Made by a program: the position numbers and the translations under genes
Shown here: piece after piece, positions 14,575-26,896 of the stretch
Layout of the letters: every line of letters starts with the position of its first letter
Numbering within the stretch: position 1 is the first letter of the stretch
Notes under the pieces: model-generated
Seen by the model: the letters and a program-made list of their open reading frames with translations, nothing else
What the model was told of the DNA's origin: nothing
Databases searched by the model: none
Origin: Eledone cirrhosa
Taxonomy: Eukaryota
Direction of reading: 5' to 3'
NCBI GenBank assembly: GCA_964016885.1
Contig: OZ024744.1
Location: 77,314,001-77,378,000, forward strand
Length of the DNA: 64,000 nt

Positions 14575-17312
14575 TATATCCAAACGATGCCCCCAGTCAT
14601 GAGGGTAAATTTGAGGATAACCTCAGTAGGATAGAAGAGGTCCTTGACAAACTGGACCAGGGTCTCAACATTCTACTGCTGGGATATTTCAACATACCAA
14701 AGGTCAAATGGCCTGAGGGCCACCTCCTCCCTGGAATGACGTCAATAGAACAAAGACAGGCGGAATCCCTGCTGGCCCTCACACACAGGCTGTTCATGGA
14801 GCAAGCAATACTCCTCCCAACAAGAGACGAAAATGTCCTGGACCTCTGTTTTACAAACAATGAAGTGCTCATCCACAATGTAAAGGTGACACCAACAATT
14901 CTCTCGGATCATAACTTAGTAGAACTAATGCTATATGGTCCGAGAGAACCAACAGAGACAAAACCACCAAGTAGCTCCGGGATGTTATCCAGCTTTAACT
15001 TCTACAAGGCTAACTGGAAAAAGATTAAGAGAGAAATCCGGAAGCAAACATGGAGCGAAAACACCGCCACACAAGACACTAACACACAATTTCAATACTT
15101 CATGACAACGATACACACTATATACAAAAAGTTTGTCCCGGAGAAAAAGGAAAACAGCCACAAAAATCTTATTCCCAGAGATAGGAAAATCCTTATGAGA
15201 CGTAGAACCAAGCTGTCAAACCAGTTGAATGCTCAACAAGAAAACAAAAACAAGAAGGAATCCTATTTGAAATGTGCACTACTTGGCACCGAGACTGCAC
15301 TCAAACTTTCCCATGAAAATGAGAGGGCAAAGAAAGAGAACAGGGCCATAGAAAACATTAAAACAAACCCTAAGGCCTTCTTTAAATTTGCAAAAGAAAC
15401 TGCCTCGGTACACTGCAAGATTGGGCCACTCTTCCATGCGGACGGTTCATTAACCGAAAACCCCCAAGAGATATGTGAAATACTGAACGAACAGCACAAA
15501 AGTGTTCACATGTCCATTGAGACACATGCAAATAACGAAGCCAGAGGAGTTATTTGATGCCACAACACCACATGAAGAAATGGCGACCATCAACCACATA
15601 GACATAACGGAGGAGGATGTGGTGTACGCCATAGATGAAATTAGAACAGACTCAGCTGCTGGACCTGATGGATTCCCAGCAGTTCTCTTAAAAATATGTA
15701 AGCGGGCCTTAGCAACTCCACTGAAGATGCTCTTCAGAAGCTCCTTGGCTAGCGGTGTACTACCCAGGGAGCTGAAAGAAGGCACAATATGCCCTATCCA
15801 TAAAGGAGGTGGCAGAGCGGAGGCCAAAAATTATAGGCCAGTCTCCCTGACGTCGCATATCAGTAAGGTCATGGAGCGAGTCGTCAGAAAGAAACTGATC
15901 ACTTTCCTCGGGGAAAATGACCGCCTGACTAGCACGCAGCATGGCTTCCGCCCAGGAAGAAGCTGCCTTACACAACTGCTACATCACTACGACTGGGTAC
16001 TGAAACAACTGCTAGACAGCTCACATGTGGACGTGATATATGTTGACTTTGCGAAGGCCTTTGACAAGGTCGACCACGGAATGATATGTCACAAACTACA
16101 CGGACTCGGCATTACTGGAAAAGTAGGTGATCGGCTGCATGACTTCCTAAAGGACAGAAGCCAGACAGTCGCAGCAAACGGGGCCCTCTCAAAGGAAATA
16201 CCAATAACAAGTGGGGTGCCCCAGGGGACAGTCCTGGGACCACTACTGTTTTTGGTGGCTCTCTCAGACATGCCCTCTGTGGTGCATGCAACAACATCCC
16301 TCACTAGCTATGCTGATGACACTAAGGTAGCACAGGCAATCAAAAACCCGGCTGACGCTGCCCTTTTACAACAAGATCTGGATGCCATATACAAATGGGC
16401 GGAAGAAAACAACACGCAGTTTAATGCTGGCAAATTCCAAGCCCTACAATACAAACCTGCAAACACAAATACAGTAGAACTCAGTTACGCAGGACCAGGA
16501 GGGACCGATATGTCCGTGTCAAAATCGAAAACGAGACCTGGGCATAGACATGAGCGATGATGCATCTTTTTCCTCACACATCATGAAAGTGGCGACAATG
16601 TGCAGACGACTCGCTGGCTGGATCTTGAGGACTTTCCGGACAAGAGATCGAGACACCATGTTGACACTATCGAGGACATTTGTCCTAAGCCGCCTGGACT
16701 ACTGCACCCAGTTGTGGTGACCCCATAGTGTCAAACTAACCACGGAGCTTGAGGCAATCCAGCGAAGCTACACCAAGAGGATTGCCAAGATGAGGGAGAC
16801 AAGCTACTGGGAGAGGCTAAAGGAACTGAACCTCTACTCCTTGGAACGAAGACGGAAGAGATACGCAGTGATCTACATGTGGAAAATCCTGGAGGGACTA
16901 GCACCAAACTTTGGCATTGGGAGCTGAACCAACCGTCGAACAGGACGTCACTGTGTGGTGCCAAAGGTCCCGTCTTCCACATCTAGAATAAGGAGCAGGT
17001 ATTGCAATAACCTGGGATTGCAATAACCTGGGATTCAAGAGCCCTCAACTCTTCAACAAGCTGCCGAGGGATCTGAGAGATTTGCATGACGTGGAGGTGG
17101 ATGTCTTCAAAAAACATCTCGACACCTTGCTATCCAGGATCCCGGATGAGCCCACAGCAAGGCACGAGGGAAACCTAAGGGCAGCAGCAGCAAACTCCCT
17201 CTTACACCAGTGGCCAACCTATACAGGCTGGAGATAAAATGTATAGCAACAAGGGCGGTGCCCCAGCATGGCCTCAGCCGGATGGCTGAAACAGGTAAAG
17301 GAGTAAGGAGTA
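14575..17312 (+). mobile_element. 5'-truncated CR1-group LINE (APE endonuclease + RT), frameshifted
   Basis: PTRDENVLDLCFTN and SDHNLV (APE). SAAGPDG, NYRPVSLTS, QHGFRPGRSC, DFAKAFDKVDH, GVPQGTVLGPLLF and YADDT (RT). YWERLKELNLYSLERRR downstream. 3' stem-loop tcagcc-ggat-ggctga and an aaggagt tandem tail. Confidence 0.92.
14736..16560 (+). pseudogene. LINE ORF2 remnant (ORFs 14736-15557 and 15502-16560)
   Basis: Overlapping frameshifted ORFs carrying APE and RT motifs. The downstream region contains stops. Confidence 0.88.
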
Positions 17313-17319
17313 TATTATA

Positions 17320-17430
17320 AATCCCGCCGAGGTTAACTTTGCCTTTCATCCTTACGGGGTCGATAAAATAAAGTACCAGTAATGCACTTGGGATAATTGC
17401 TGGCCTTGTGCCAAAAGTAGAAACAATTAT
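17320..17430 (+). mobile_element. Family 1 SINE, 3' half
   Basis: aatcccgccgaggttaactttgcctttcatcc...gtagaaacaatta. Confidence 0.85.
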
Positions 17431-17434
17431 ATAT

Positions 17435-17645
17435 ATATGAAAAGATTCAGGACCACGACGGCTGAGGTCCGGCCGTTTCGACAGCTAGATCCATTCGAAC
17501 TTTTCGGATCTAGCAGTCGAAACGGCTGGAGCTCAGCCGTCGGAGTCCTGAATCTTTTCATATTACCCAATCTACTACCCCAAGGATCGAGACCCTGGGT
17601 GGGTTATGATTGTCTAGCTGGTTTTTACCACACCCTATCTAGTAT
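17435..17645 (+). mobile_element. Family C short element with 5' foldback
   Basis: Inverted arms atgaaaagattcagga...tcctgaatcttttcat around gtcGAAACGGCtggagctcaGCCGTC. Confidence 0.7.
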
Positions 17646-17690
17646 ATAAATATATATAGAAGTGGTTACACAACAGTTAGTTCACCATAC

Positions 17691-17728
17691 CGAGACCAAT
17701 TGTTTCACCTTAGCGGATCCTCAGCTCG
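17691..17728 (-). ncRNA. Degenerate hammerhead-like motif
   Basis: Reverse complement reads cgag-CTGAGGA-tcc-gctaa-ggt-GAAA-caattg-GT-ctcg. The position expected to be U16.1 deviates. Confidence 0.4.
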
Positions 17729-17880
17729 TAATCAGCTTCCACCTAACTCGTCCCATGGACTGAGTGCTCTACCACTACGGATATTTCCTTCCAGTGTTCT
17801 ACCACTATATATATATATATATATTTATTTATTAAAATAACGAGCCCTCTTTGGATTTTAGTCTTCAAATTTATTATTAT

Positions 17881-17928
<48 letters not shown>

Positions 17929-17972
17929 AAGTTAAATAAAAGTCAAATGATTAAAATTTAGCTTCGTTTATT

Positions 17973-18027
17973 ACTGCTATATATATTTCAGTGACAGCCA
18001 TCTTTGGCTGTGACCTCTTCAGGCAGT
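17973..18027 (-). ncRNA. Type I hammerhead ribozyme (family D, inverted copy)
   Basis: Exact reverse complement of 18151-18205. Confidence 0.8.
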
Positions 18028-18150
18028 TTGAATTAGTATGGTATAGACAAGTACATATGTTGTTTAGGTGTATGCTATTGTCAATACTCTGATATGCCCA
18101 GTTCCTTGTTGGGTTGTTAATTCAATGGGGAACTGGAGTGACTAATTCAA

Positions 18151-18205
18151 ACTGCCTGAAGAGGTCACAGCCAAAGATGGCTGTCACTGAAATATATATA
18201 GCAGT
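18151..18205 (+). ncRNA. Type I hammerhead ribozyme (family D) with palindromic stem III
   Basis: actgc-CTGAAGA-ggtc-acagcca-aaga-tggctgt-cact-GAAA-tatata-TA-gcagt, followed directly by aataaa. The core is intact. Confidence 0.85.
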
Positions 18206-18336
18206 AATAAACGAAGCTAAATTTTAATCATTTGACTTTATTTTACACTACTCCGGAGTAACCAAACCAACCTGCGCACTTTGTCGAGTGCTCCAGCCTG
18301 CATACTGAGGTGTTGGTATACAACCAACATAAACTC

Positions 18337-18412
<76 letters not shown>

Positions 18413-18508
18413 TAGATAGATAGATAGATAGATATATATTGAGAGAGGGAGGGAGGGAGGGATATGTGAAGAGACAGATATAGATAGATAGGTAAATGAG
18501 TTGTACGT

Positions 18509-18605
18509 GACTAGAACTGTTTCATACAAATGGAAAAGATGAAACAGTTCTAGTCCTGTAGAAGTCATTTCTGTTTATATAATAAAGATGCCTATACTCT
18601 ACCAT
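18509..18605 (+). mobile_element. Family A element fragment with foldback in ribozyme stem II
   Basis: gactagaactgtttcat...atgaaacagttctagtc inverted, followed by ctgtagaagtc. Confidence 0.6.
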
Positions 18606-19264
18606 AATATATATAATATACATAATATATATATACATAATATATATACATAATATATATATATAATATACATAATATATATATATATATAATATACATA
18701 ATATACATAATATATATATATATATAATATACATGATATACATAATATACATATATGTATATATATATATATATATATAATTGTTTCTACTTTAGGCAGA
18801 AGGCCAGCAAATACCCAGTACATTACTGGTACTTTATTTTATCGACCCCGTAAGGATGAAAGGCAAAGTTAATCTCGGCGGGATTTGAACTCAGAATGTA
18901 AAGGGACGTAACTATGCTAGAAAGCATGGCGTCCAACCCTCTACCGATACTGCCAATTCACCGCCCTTATATATATATATAATATACATAATATATATAT
19001 AATATACATAATATATATATATTTATATATAATATACATATATAAAATACATAATATATATATATATTATACATAGTATATATATAATATACATAATATA
19101 TATATATTATACATAGTATATATATAATATACATCATATATATATATTATATATATATTATATATATATAAATATATATATATAATATATATAATATACA
19201 ATATATATATAATATACAATATATATATAATATACAATATATATATAATATACAATATATATAT

Positions 19265-19298
<34 letters not shown>

Positions 19299-19393
19299 AT
19301 ATACAATATATATATAATATATATATATATATAATATACAATATATATATATAATATATATATATATATAATATACAATATATATATAATATA

Positions 19394-19438
<45 letters not shown>

Positions 19439-19446
19439 TATATATA

Positions 19447-19477
<31 letters not shown>

Positions 19478-19815
19478 ATATACAATATATATATATATAT
19501 ATAATATAATATACAATATATAAATATATATATATAATATATATAATATATATAATATATATATATATATAATATACATAATATATATAATATACATTAT
19601 ATATATAATATACATAATATATATAATATATATATATAATATACATTATATATATAATATATATATATATAATATACATTATATATATAATATACATATT
19701 ATATATAATATATATATATAATATACATAATATACAATATATATATATAATATATATATAATATACATAATACATATTATATATATAAAATACATAATAT
19801 ACAATATATATATAT
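18600..19815. repeat. AT-rich low-complexity satellite (tataatatacata-like) interrupted by a SINE
   Basis: Imperfect short-unit repeat on both sides of 18778-18967. Confidence 0.9.
18778..18967 (-). mobile_element. Family 1 SINE, full length
   Basis: A box, B box, core and tail all present. Confidence 0.9.
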
Positions 19816-19887
19816 ATTATTATTATTATTATGATTATTATTAAAATATTAACAAATGAAAGATATTCTCATAATCAAAATATATGC

Positions 19888-19947
19888 TTTATTATATATA
19901 TTTCAAAGGTACTGTGTTGTTTTTTCAGTACGTCTTCATCAGATAAA
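19888..19947 (-). ncRNA. Type I hammerhead ribozyme (family E-like)
   Basis: Reverse complement reads tttat-CTGATGA-agac-gtactg-loop-cagtac-cttt-GAAA-tatata-TA-ataaa. Confidence 0.75.
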
Positions 19948-19999
19948 ATATATGATTTGATATATGACATACTGCTACGGTCTTGATTATACAATTCCA

Positions 20000-20055
<56 letters not shown>

Positions 20056-20404
20056 TTTAAGTGTATCTAAGACTCTATTATTCAACGTAAAAAAAATATT
20101 AAAATAAATATCGATGAAGAAGACAAAGAAAAAGTAAAAGAAAGAAAGAAGGAAGTAAGAACAAAACAGACAAGGAGAGAAGAGGAAAGTGAAGATATAT
20201 AAGTTATACAAGGAATATAGCGTTAGTCATATATTTATAACAGAAAAAATGAAGAAAGAGAAAAAGAAGGGGTAAGAAAAGAAAGACAGAAAGAAAGAAA
20301 ACTTTCTCTTTCCGAAAAAAAAAAGAAAGAAAAAAGAAAATCTCGGTTCACGAGAAAGAAAATCTAAGATTTGTTGATATACATATATATATATATATAT
20401 ATAT

Positions 20405-20604
20405 AGTTTTAATATAGATGAGATTCTACAGGACTAGAACTGTTTCATTCATTAGAAATCATCAGGAATCTCGATTCCTGATGATTTCTAATGAATGAAA
20501 CAGTTCTAGTCCTGTAGAATCTCATCTATATTAAAACTGTTATACTCTGCTATGTATTGAGTACCTTACTTACTGTGGTTACCTCCGATTCAACCCGGAA
20601 TAAC

Positions 20605-20608
<4 letters not shown>
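20405..20608 (+). mobile_element. Family A hammerhead element with a perfect 66-bp foldback, inserted in (TA)n
   Basis: 20405-20470 is the reverse complement of 20473-20538, with a 2-bp spacer. TA tracts flank both sides. Confidence 0.85.
20473..20521 (+). ncRNA. Type I hammerhead ribozyme (family A)
   Basis: gattc-CTGATGA-tttctaatgaat-GAA-ACAG-ttctagtc-CTGT-A-gaatc. GUA cleavage triplet. A mirror copy lies at 20422-20470. Confidence 0.8.
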
Positions 20609-20660
<52 letters not shown>

Positions 20661-20669
20661 TAACAGTAT

Positions 20670-21093
20670 CTACATTTAAGTTTTGAATAATCGTTCCCCA
20701 CTCCTCTTAATAAGTTTTTAAACCCCCTCCTCCTTTTATTTCAACCCTCCTTATTCATTATTCAGATATTTTTCTCCCCCAACCTTCTTCCTCTTGCTTA
20801 TTAGATTTTGCTAATCTATCTCCGGTGAAATTTTATTGTTAAGTGATTCATATTGATACAGCAGCTGGAGAATCTAATAATTATTTTATTTTACATTAAA
20901 AAGAAAAAACACATTATATATGACAAAAATAAAAACAAAAAAAAACATTACAATCCTATATTTACGAACGTTCAATTTACAATTACCGATCCCTTCCCCG
21001 TTTAGTCCTCCGCTTTTAAGAATTTAAGCAAATGCCCAACCTCCCGCCCCACTTATTCAACCACCCTCTCCTATTATTTGGGACCCGAGAGTA
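20670..21093. mobile_element. Degenerate MITE (terminus tactctcgggtcccaaataatag)
   Basis: Right end ctattatttgggacccgagagta. The left part resembles 21975-22170. Confidence 0.45.
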
Positions 21094-21244
21094 ACTTCCG
21101 GAAAGTAAATGCCTTTAACACAAAATTATGACTTTAAAAAAAAAAAAAAATTATTTTCAAGAAATTCACCGTTCAAAATTCAAGAAATTCACCGTTTATT
21201 CCACTCCCCACTATTATTTGCGGCACGAGAGTACGCGTTGACAC

Positions 21245-21345
21245 GAAGCTATGGTATATGACACTTGCCCAAAATACCACACAGTGCGATCGAACCCGAG
21301 ACCTAATAATTGTGAAGCGAACTTCTTAACCTTTCGGCCATGCTA
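21245..21345 (-). mobile_element. tRNA-derived SINE head (duplicated at about 22745-22840)
   Basis: Reverse complement gives tggccgaaaggttaag...gggttcgatcgc...gggcaagtgtc (A and B boxes). Confidence 0.65.
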
Positions 21346-22239
21346 CATCCACTGATAACAGAAAATATATTCAACCTTCGAACGATATAAAATTTCGTAA
21401 AACGAAGTAGATACTGTTTTTATGTTTGTAGGATAGGGGATGTCATTTTTTTTTTCAACAACTATATTTATACAATATATAAAATCTCTCAATATCATGA
21501 AAAAGCCATTGACATTATATAAAAATAATTGAGCTGTTTCTAATGAAAACAAAACATCCCCGCTTATAAGAATTTAAGCAAATGTCCAACCTCCCGCCCC
21601 GCTTATTCCACCACCCTCTCCTATTATTTGGGACCCGAGAGTAACTTCCGGAAAGAAAATGCCTTTAACATAAAATTACGACTTAAAAAAAAAAAAAATC
21701 TTTTCAAGAAATTCACCTGTAAGAATGGATCAGCGTCAGTTTCGATGATGAGTGTTCCCCAGTTGTTTTATCAACGGAACAGACTGCTCATTAAATAAAT
21801 GTATACGTGGCTAACCATTCCACAGACACGTGTACTCTTAACATAATTCTCAGGGAGATTCAGCGTGATACAGTGTGTGTGTGAGAAGGCTGACTCTTTT
21901 GAATCACAAGTACAGTCCATTCCGTGGGCTTCCAAACAGTTTCCATCTGGTCAACCCAATTTTACTCACAAGGTATTCTCAGGTCTCGAATAATCATCAC
22001 CCCCATCTCTACTTCTTATTAATTGTTCAGCCCCCCCCCCCCTTTTTTACCCCTTGCTTATTAAATTTTGCAAATTTATTATCGGCGAAATTTTATTTTA
22101 AGTGGTAGCATTCCTGCGACAATTAATTTTCTTTACACATTAAAAAACATTATACATGACAAAAACAAGAAGAACCTTACAGGAAATCCTATATGTTATA
22201 AAATATATAAGATCGGTTAGGTGGGTCTAAATATGTAAA

Positions 22240-22581
22240 CCAGAGTTGTGCAACGTATTCCATGGCGGGCCACGTTTGAACATTGGAACAACTATTAAGG
22301 CCAGTCACTGTCAAAAGTATGTAATCTAATGAAAACCAATGAGTTGAGCCATAAATACACTGTGAATACATCTTTAAACTATAAAGACAAATAAAATATA
22401 ATTTAGTTTTATTAATATGAGACTTGGTATTTTGAATTTTAGCACAATTTATCAATGTCTGGTTACGAAAAATATTCTAAATAAGCCTACAAGGTAAAAA
22501 TTAAAAACAATCATCGCGGGCCACTCTAACTGGTCTGGCGTGCCGGATCGTGGCCCGTGGGCCGCCTGTTGCGCGCCCTTG
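22240..22581. mobile_element. hAT-like MITE
   Basis: Ends cagagttgtgcaac...gcgggccac / gtggcccgtgggccgcctgttgcgcgcccttg, typical hAT subterminal motifs. Confidence 0.55.
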
Positions 22582-23809
22582 ATGTAAACTAAACGACTAA
22601 TTCTGTTTTTTTTTTTTAAAATCAACGGAGACAATCTAGAAACCCACTCATGCTTATTCTACCTCCTCCCCTCGCTTCACCCTTCACTGCTGCTTATTCC
22701 ACCCCAATATTATTTGGGGTACGAGAGTATGCGTTGACACGAAGCTATGGTATATGACACTTGCCCAAAATGCCACACAGTGCGATCGAACCCGAGACCT
22801 AATGATTGTGAAGCGAACTTCTTAACCTTTCGGCCATGCTACATCCACTGATAACAGAAAATATATTCAACCTTCGAACAATATAAAATTTCATAAAACG
22901 AAGTAGATACTGTTTTTATTTGTTTGTAGGATAGGGGATGTCATTTTTTTTTCAACAACTATATTTATACAATATATAAAATCTCTCAATGTCATGAAAA
23001 AGCCATTGACATTATATAAAAATAATTGAGCTGTTTCTAATGAAAACAAAACAAAACACACTACTAAAAGGAACAGAAAGGGAAGAAGAAAAAAAAGAAA
23101 ATGTAAAGGAGAAAATGAAAGAAGGATCAAATGGTGAAAAAAGGAAGAGGTGGGGGAAAACATTAAACCCCAGTCTGAATGGTACTTCAGCCTCGCTCCG
23201 CGGACAAAACGGTAATAATAACGTTACTGCAGAGAATGGTCAGAGACACCTCCTGCTGCAACAGTCACCCCCACCTCAAGGGAGCTCCCTCCTCAAGTGG
23301 CCTTCCGTCTCTACGACTTTACAGAGGAAATCAGCAGTGCGGTAACCATAGACGCCAGAGGTCTTGACGGAGACTGAAACAAAGCGGAAGTGGTCAATCT
23401 ATTTGTTTTGATTGCATTTCGAATTGAGTTTATTCCGTTGAATTGACAGAGTTGTTAGAGTGCCAGATTAAATATATTGGCTTTGGTTGTAGCTCTGTGA
23501 GTTCAGAGTTCAAATTTCACCAGAGTCAACCTTGCCTTTCAACTTTTTAGAGTCGATTTAAAAAAAGCATCAGTTCATAGGTAGTAGATTGGTGGAATGA
23601 GTCGAGCGAGATGCTTTTCGGTATCAGTTTCCATTCTATGCGTTCTGAGTTCATATCCAGCTTCCTGTCACCGAGAAAGTGGTTTACGATTCCGCCAGGA
23701 GTTACACCCGTCAAATTGTATCAACAATGAAAGGAACAATGGAAATATTACTTCCGTGGTTCGATCTGACGATCGACTCATTTTGTTTTTCATTCTTTGA
23801 ATTTAGTCA

Positions 23810-24026
23810 GGGCGGTGGATTGGCAGTATCGGTAGAGGGTCGGACGCCATGCTTTGTAGCATAGAGTTACGGCCCTTTATCATCTGAGTTCAAATCCCGC
23901 CAAGGTTCAATTTTCCTTTCATCCTTACGGGTCAGTAAAATAAAGTACCAGTCACACACTGTGGTCGATTTAATCGACTTTCCCATTCCCCGGAATTGCT
24001 GGCCTTGTGCCTATATAAGAAACCAT
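23810..24026 (+). mobile_element. Family 1 SINE, full length
   Basis: A box, B box, core and tail present. Confidence 0.9.
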
Positions 24027-24130
24027 TTTTTGAAGTTAGTAATTAGTAGGAGACGGCAAAATAAAGAACTTTTCTGAAATGCACAAATTGCACGATCTAA
24101 ATCCACCAAAATATAGTTTCCGTCGGTCCT

Positions 24131-24628
24131 TACGTCACACGCTAGAGATGACTGAGAAAGGAGGGGTGATGATTTTACGCACTAGAGATCATTGAGGAAG
24201 GTAGTGATGACGTCACACGATAGAAATGACTGAGGGAGGAAGGTTGATGACGTCATACACTAAAGCTGATTGAGGAAGGAAGAAGCTGATGACGTCACAC
24301 ACTAGAGATGACTGAGAAAGGAGGAGATGATGACCTCACGCACTAGAGATGACGGAGGAAGGAAGGGGCTGATGACGTCACGCACTAGAGATGACTGAGG
24401 AAGGAAGGGGCTGATGACGTCACAAACTAGAGATTACTGAGGAAGGAAGGGGCTGATGACGCCATACACTAGAGATAACTGAGGAAGGAGGGGGCTGATG
24501 ACGTCACACACTAGAGATAACTGAGGAAGGAAGGGGCTGATAACGTCACACACTAGAGATAACTGAGGAAGGAGGGGGCTGATGACGTCACAAACTAGAG
24601 ATTACTGAGGAAGGAAGGGGTGATGACA
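24131..24628. repeat. 40-42 bp minisatellite, about 12 units, containing TGACGTCA
   Basis: Unit tgacgtcacacactagagat(a/g)actgaggaaggaaggggctga. The period is 42 across 24373-24583. Confidence 0.95.
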
Positions 24629-25184
24629 AACTACAGAAAACAGCGTCGAACCTTCACTACCCTTGTGTGTACAATCTAGATACACGCCGAGGCACACATA
24701 CACATACGCGTCATCGTGTTGAAAAAAAATTCTAATTATAACAAAATTCCTTAACTTACCACAATATCTAAAGCCTTATGGTGCCTTCATTTTTTAGTCT
24801 CCATACAAGGTAGTCGTTGATTTCTCTCTAAAAGAATACACGTATACTGTATAAGTACATGTGAAAACGTGTCATGTAAGGCCTAAAAATATGTTTTCAC
24901 TGTCGACTGTCACCTTAACTTTCGTAAGCAACCTTTTATTCAGACAGTTGTCACTGAGAGGATATTATAAATTTAAGTTGGCATAGTTTCATCCTTGGAC
25001 TGGTTTTACAGAGATATCGTTAAATTAAGTTTACAGTTAAGTTTCCGTACATATACCATGTTGGAGGCTCTTGAGATATAATTCGATTTTAGTTGAATCA
25101 TAATGTCTGGTAAGCGGATCGATACTGCAGTCGGGTCTAACACAGCCGTATGAACATTGAGCCTATCATGTATGAAACGTGCGT

Positions 25185-25266
<82 letters not shown>

Positions 25267-25270
<4 letters not shown>

Positions 25271-25625
25271 GATTGGCGCTCTGAAATAGCGATGTATACA
25301 TGAATGTATGTATAGTATATTTGGTAATATACTGTATGTTTAATTAAAAACATTTTGAAGACCTTGCGCTATTATTTTAAAGTAGTGACTATGTCACTTA
25401 CTTCTTTTTTCAGCAAAGGAAGGGAGAGAAGCTGACAGACTGTTTCACACTGTTGGTCTTCCTCAGAGCAACATACTCACCGACCTCTGCCGAAAATTAT
25501 AGAGGCTGGATTCTTATAGAATTCCAGTAATAATCAGGAACTGATTATACAGAGCAATTGCCGGTCCAGCAGAAATTGAAACTTAGGATTGGGCTCTGGA
25601 ATAGCGATGTATACATGAATGTATG
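25267..25625 (-). mobile_element. Family B hammerhead element, about 1.1 tandem units
   Basis: Reverse complement of the 26921-27415 units. The terminal sequence ttaggattgg repeats after about 316 bp. It abuts (TA)n. Confidence 0.8.
25431..25469 (-). ncRNA. Type I hammerhead ribozyme (family B)
   Basis: Reverse complement reads gct-CTGAGGA-agac-caaca-gtgt-GAA-ACAG-t-CTGT-C-agc. GUC triplet. Confidence 0.7.
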
Positions 25626-26679
25626 GCTCACACAGTGGAAGACATGCAGTTGATATAGGGTACCTTCTTCAATGTATGCACTGTGTTTGCTAAACATTAG
25701 TATAAAAAAGACAAAACCATGTACACTCTACCAGTTGGGAAGTGTATGTGCCACCAGACATTTTCGTGAGAGGAAATAGATCACAGGATTGCGAAAGCGA
25801 GTCTTGCCTTCGGGAAGCTTGAGAAGCAAGTCTGGTCGAATAGGAGTATCACGAGAACAAAGCTCTCTGTATATGAAGCCTGTGAACTTACAGTCCTGCT
25901 ATACGGATGTATAACGTGGACAATGCACCGGATACAATGCTGATGAAATCAGCATTGTATCCTGTGCAAGTGATACTCTTACACACCTGACGCTGCTGTA
26001 CTTGAGAAAGAAGGCAGCACCAGTATTGAGAGGAGGATTCTTATGAACCAGATGCGTTGGGTTGGTGATGTGGTCAGGATGGAGGCTGGAAAGCTGCCTA
26101 AACAGTTATTTTAGGGGGAACTGACCAGAGGGGAAAGGTCACAGTATCAACCAAAGAAGCGGTTTAAGGATGTCATAAAAAGCAATCTTAAAGCTCTGAA
26201 GATTGATGTGAAGAACTGGGAGACATTGGCTGAGGGCCGTACATCATGGAGAAAGATCAACAAGTATGGATGATATGTCTTTGGGAAAAAGTGAGTGGAG
26301 CATGCTGTTTTGAAATGTTCAATTCGTAAGTAGAACTCATGCAAAAATCCAGCAGGAATTGAAGTGCATTGTATGGGGACGATTTCTTCTATCAAGAGCT
26401 GGATTTGTCAACCATCTGAAATCACAGGAGCCAGGGAGAAATCGAACAACCTGTGAGATGGTTCTACCACCACACACTCCACGGTTTAATTTGCAAGTCA
26501 GCTGGTGGACTCAACTGACTTGGTAGAATGCATGAAGACACACCCCAGCTGTTGTTGCCTGGAGACAGACTGTGAACGTACCTGCAAAATAAAAGTGGGT
26601 TTGAAAAGTCACTTGCGTGCATATGGTCGTGCAATGTTCAATGAAGGGGTAGCACTCTTCTGACAAGAAGTAGCAATCA

Positions 26680-26680
<1 letters not shown>
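25626..26680 (+). mobile_element. RTE-clade LINE 3' fragment (decayed)
   Basis: EEIDHRIAKASLAFGKL...TKLSVY...LLYGC.TWT, QMRWVGDVVRM...LPKQLF, KKRFKDVIKSNLK, and a C-terminal C..C...GLKSHLR zinc finger. Confidence 0.85.
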
Positions 26681-26736
<56 letters not shown>

Positions 26737-26774
26737 GAGATATGTGTGTGTGTGTGTGTGTGTGAGTGAGGTAC

Positions 26775-26896
26775 AATCGGGGGTAACCACAGTAAGTAAG
26801 GTACTCAATATATAGCAGAGTACAAATATTGAATATAGAAATGGCTTCTACAGGACTAGAACTGTTTCATTCGAAGGAAATCATCAAGAAAGCCGG
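26775..26896 (-). mobile_element. Family A hammerhead element
   Basis: Reverse complement reads ggctttc-TTGATGA...GAAACAGttctagtcCTGTAgaagcc. Homologous to 20473-20608. Confidence 0.75.

Noticed and set aside
23040-23367. Possible host exon (101-aa and 62-aa ORFs)
   Set aside because: No recognisable domain, no convincing splice context and no partner exons.
23810-24026. tRNA genes suggested by A/B boxes
   Set aside because: No complete cloverleaf. The boxes belong to multi-copy SINE heads.
24131-24628. CTGATGA in each minisatellite unit as a tandem hammerhead
   Set aside because: The following sequence is GAAG rather than GAAA, and no UH or stem I/III pairing can be built.
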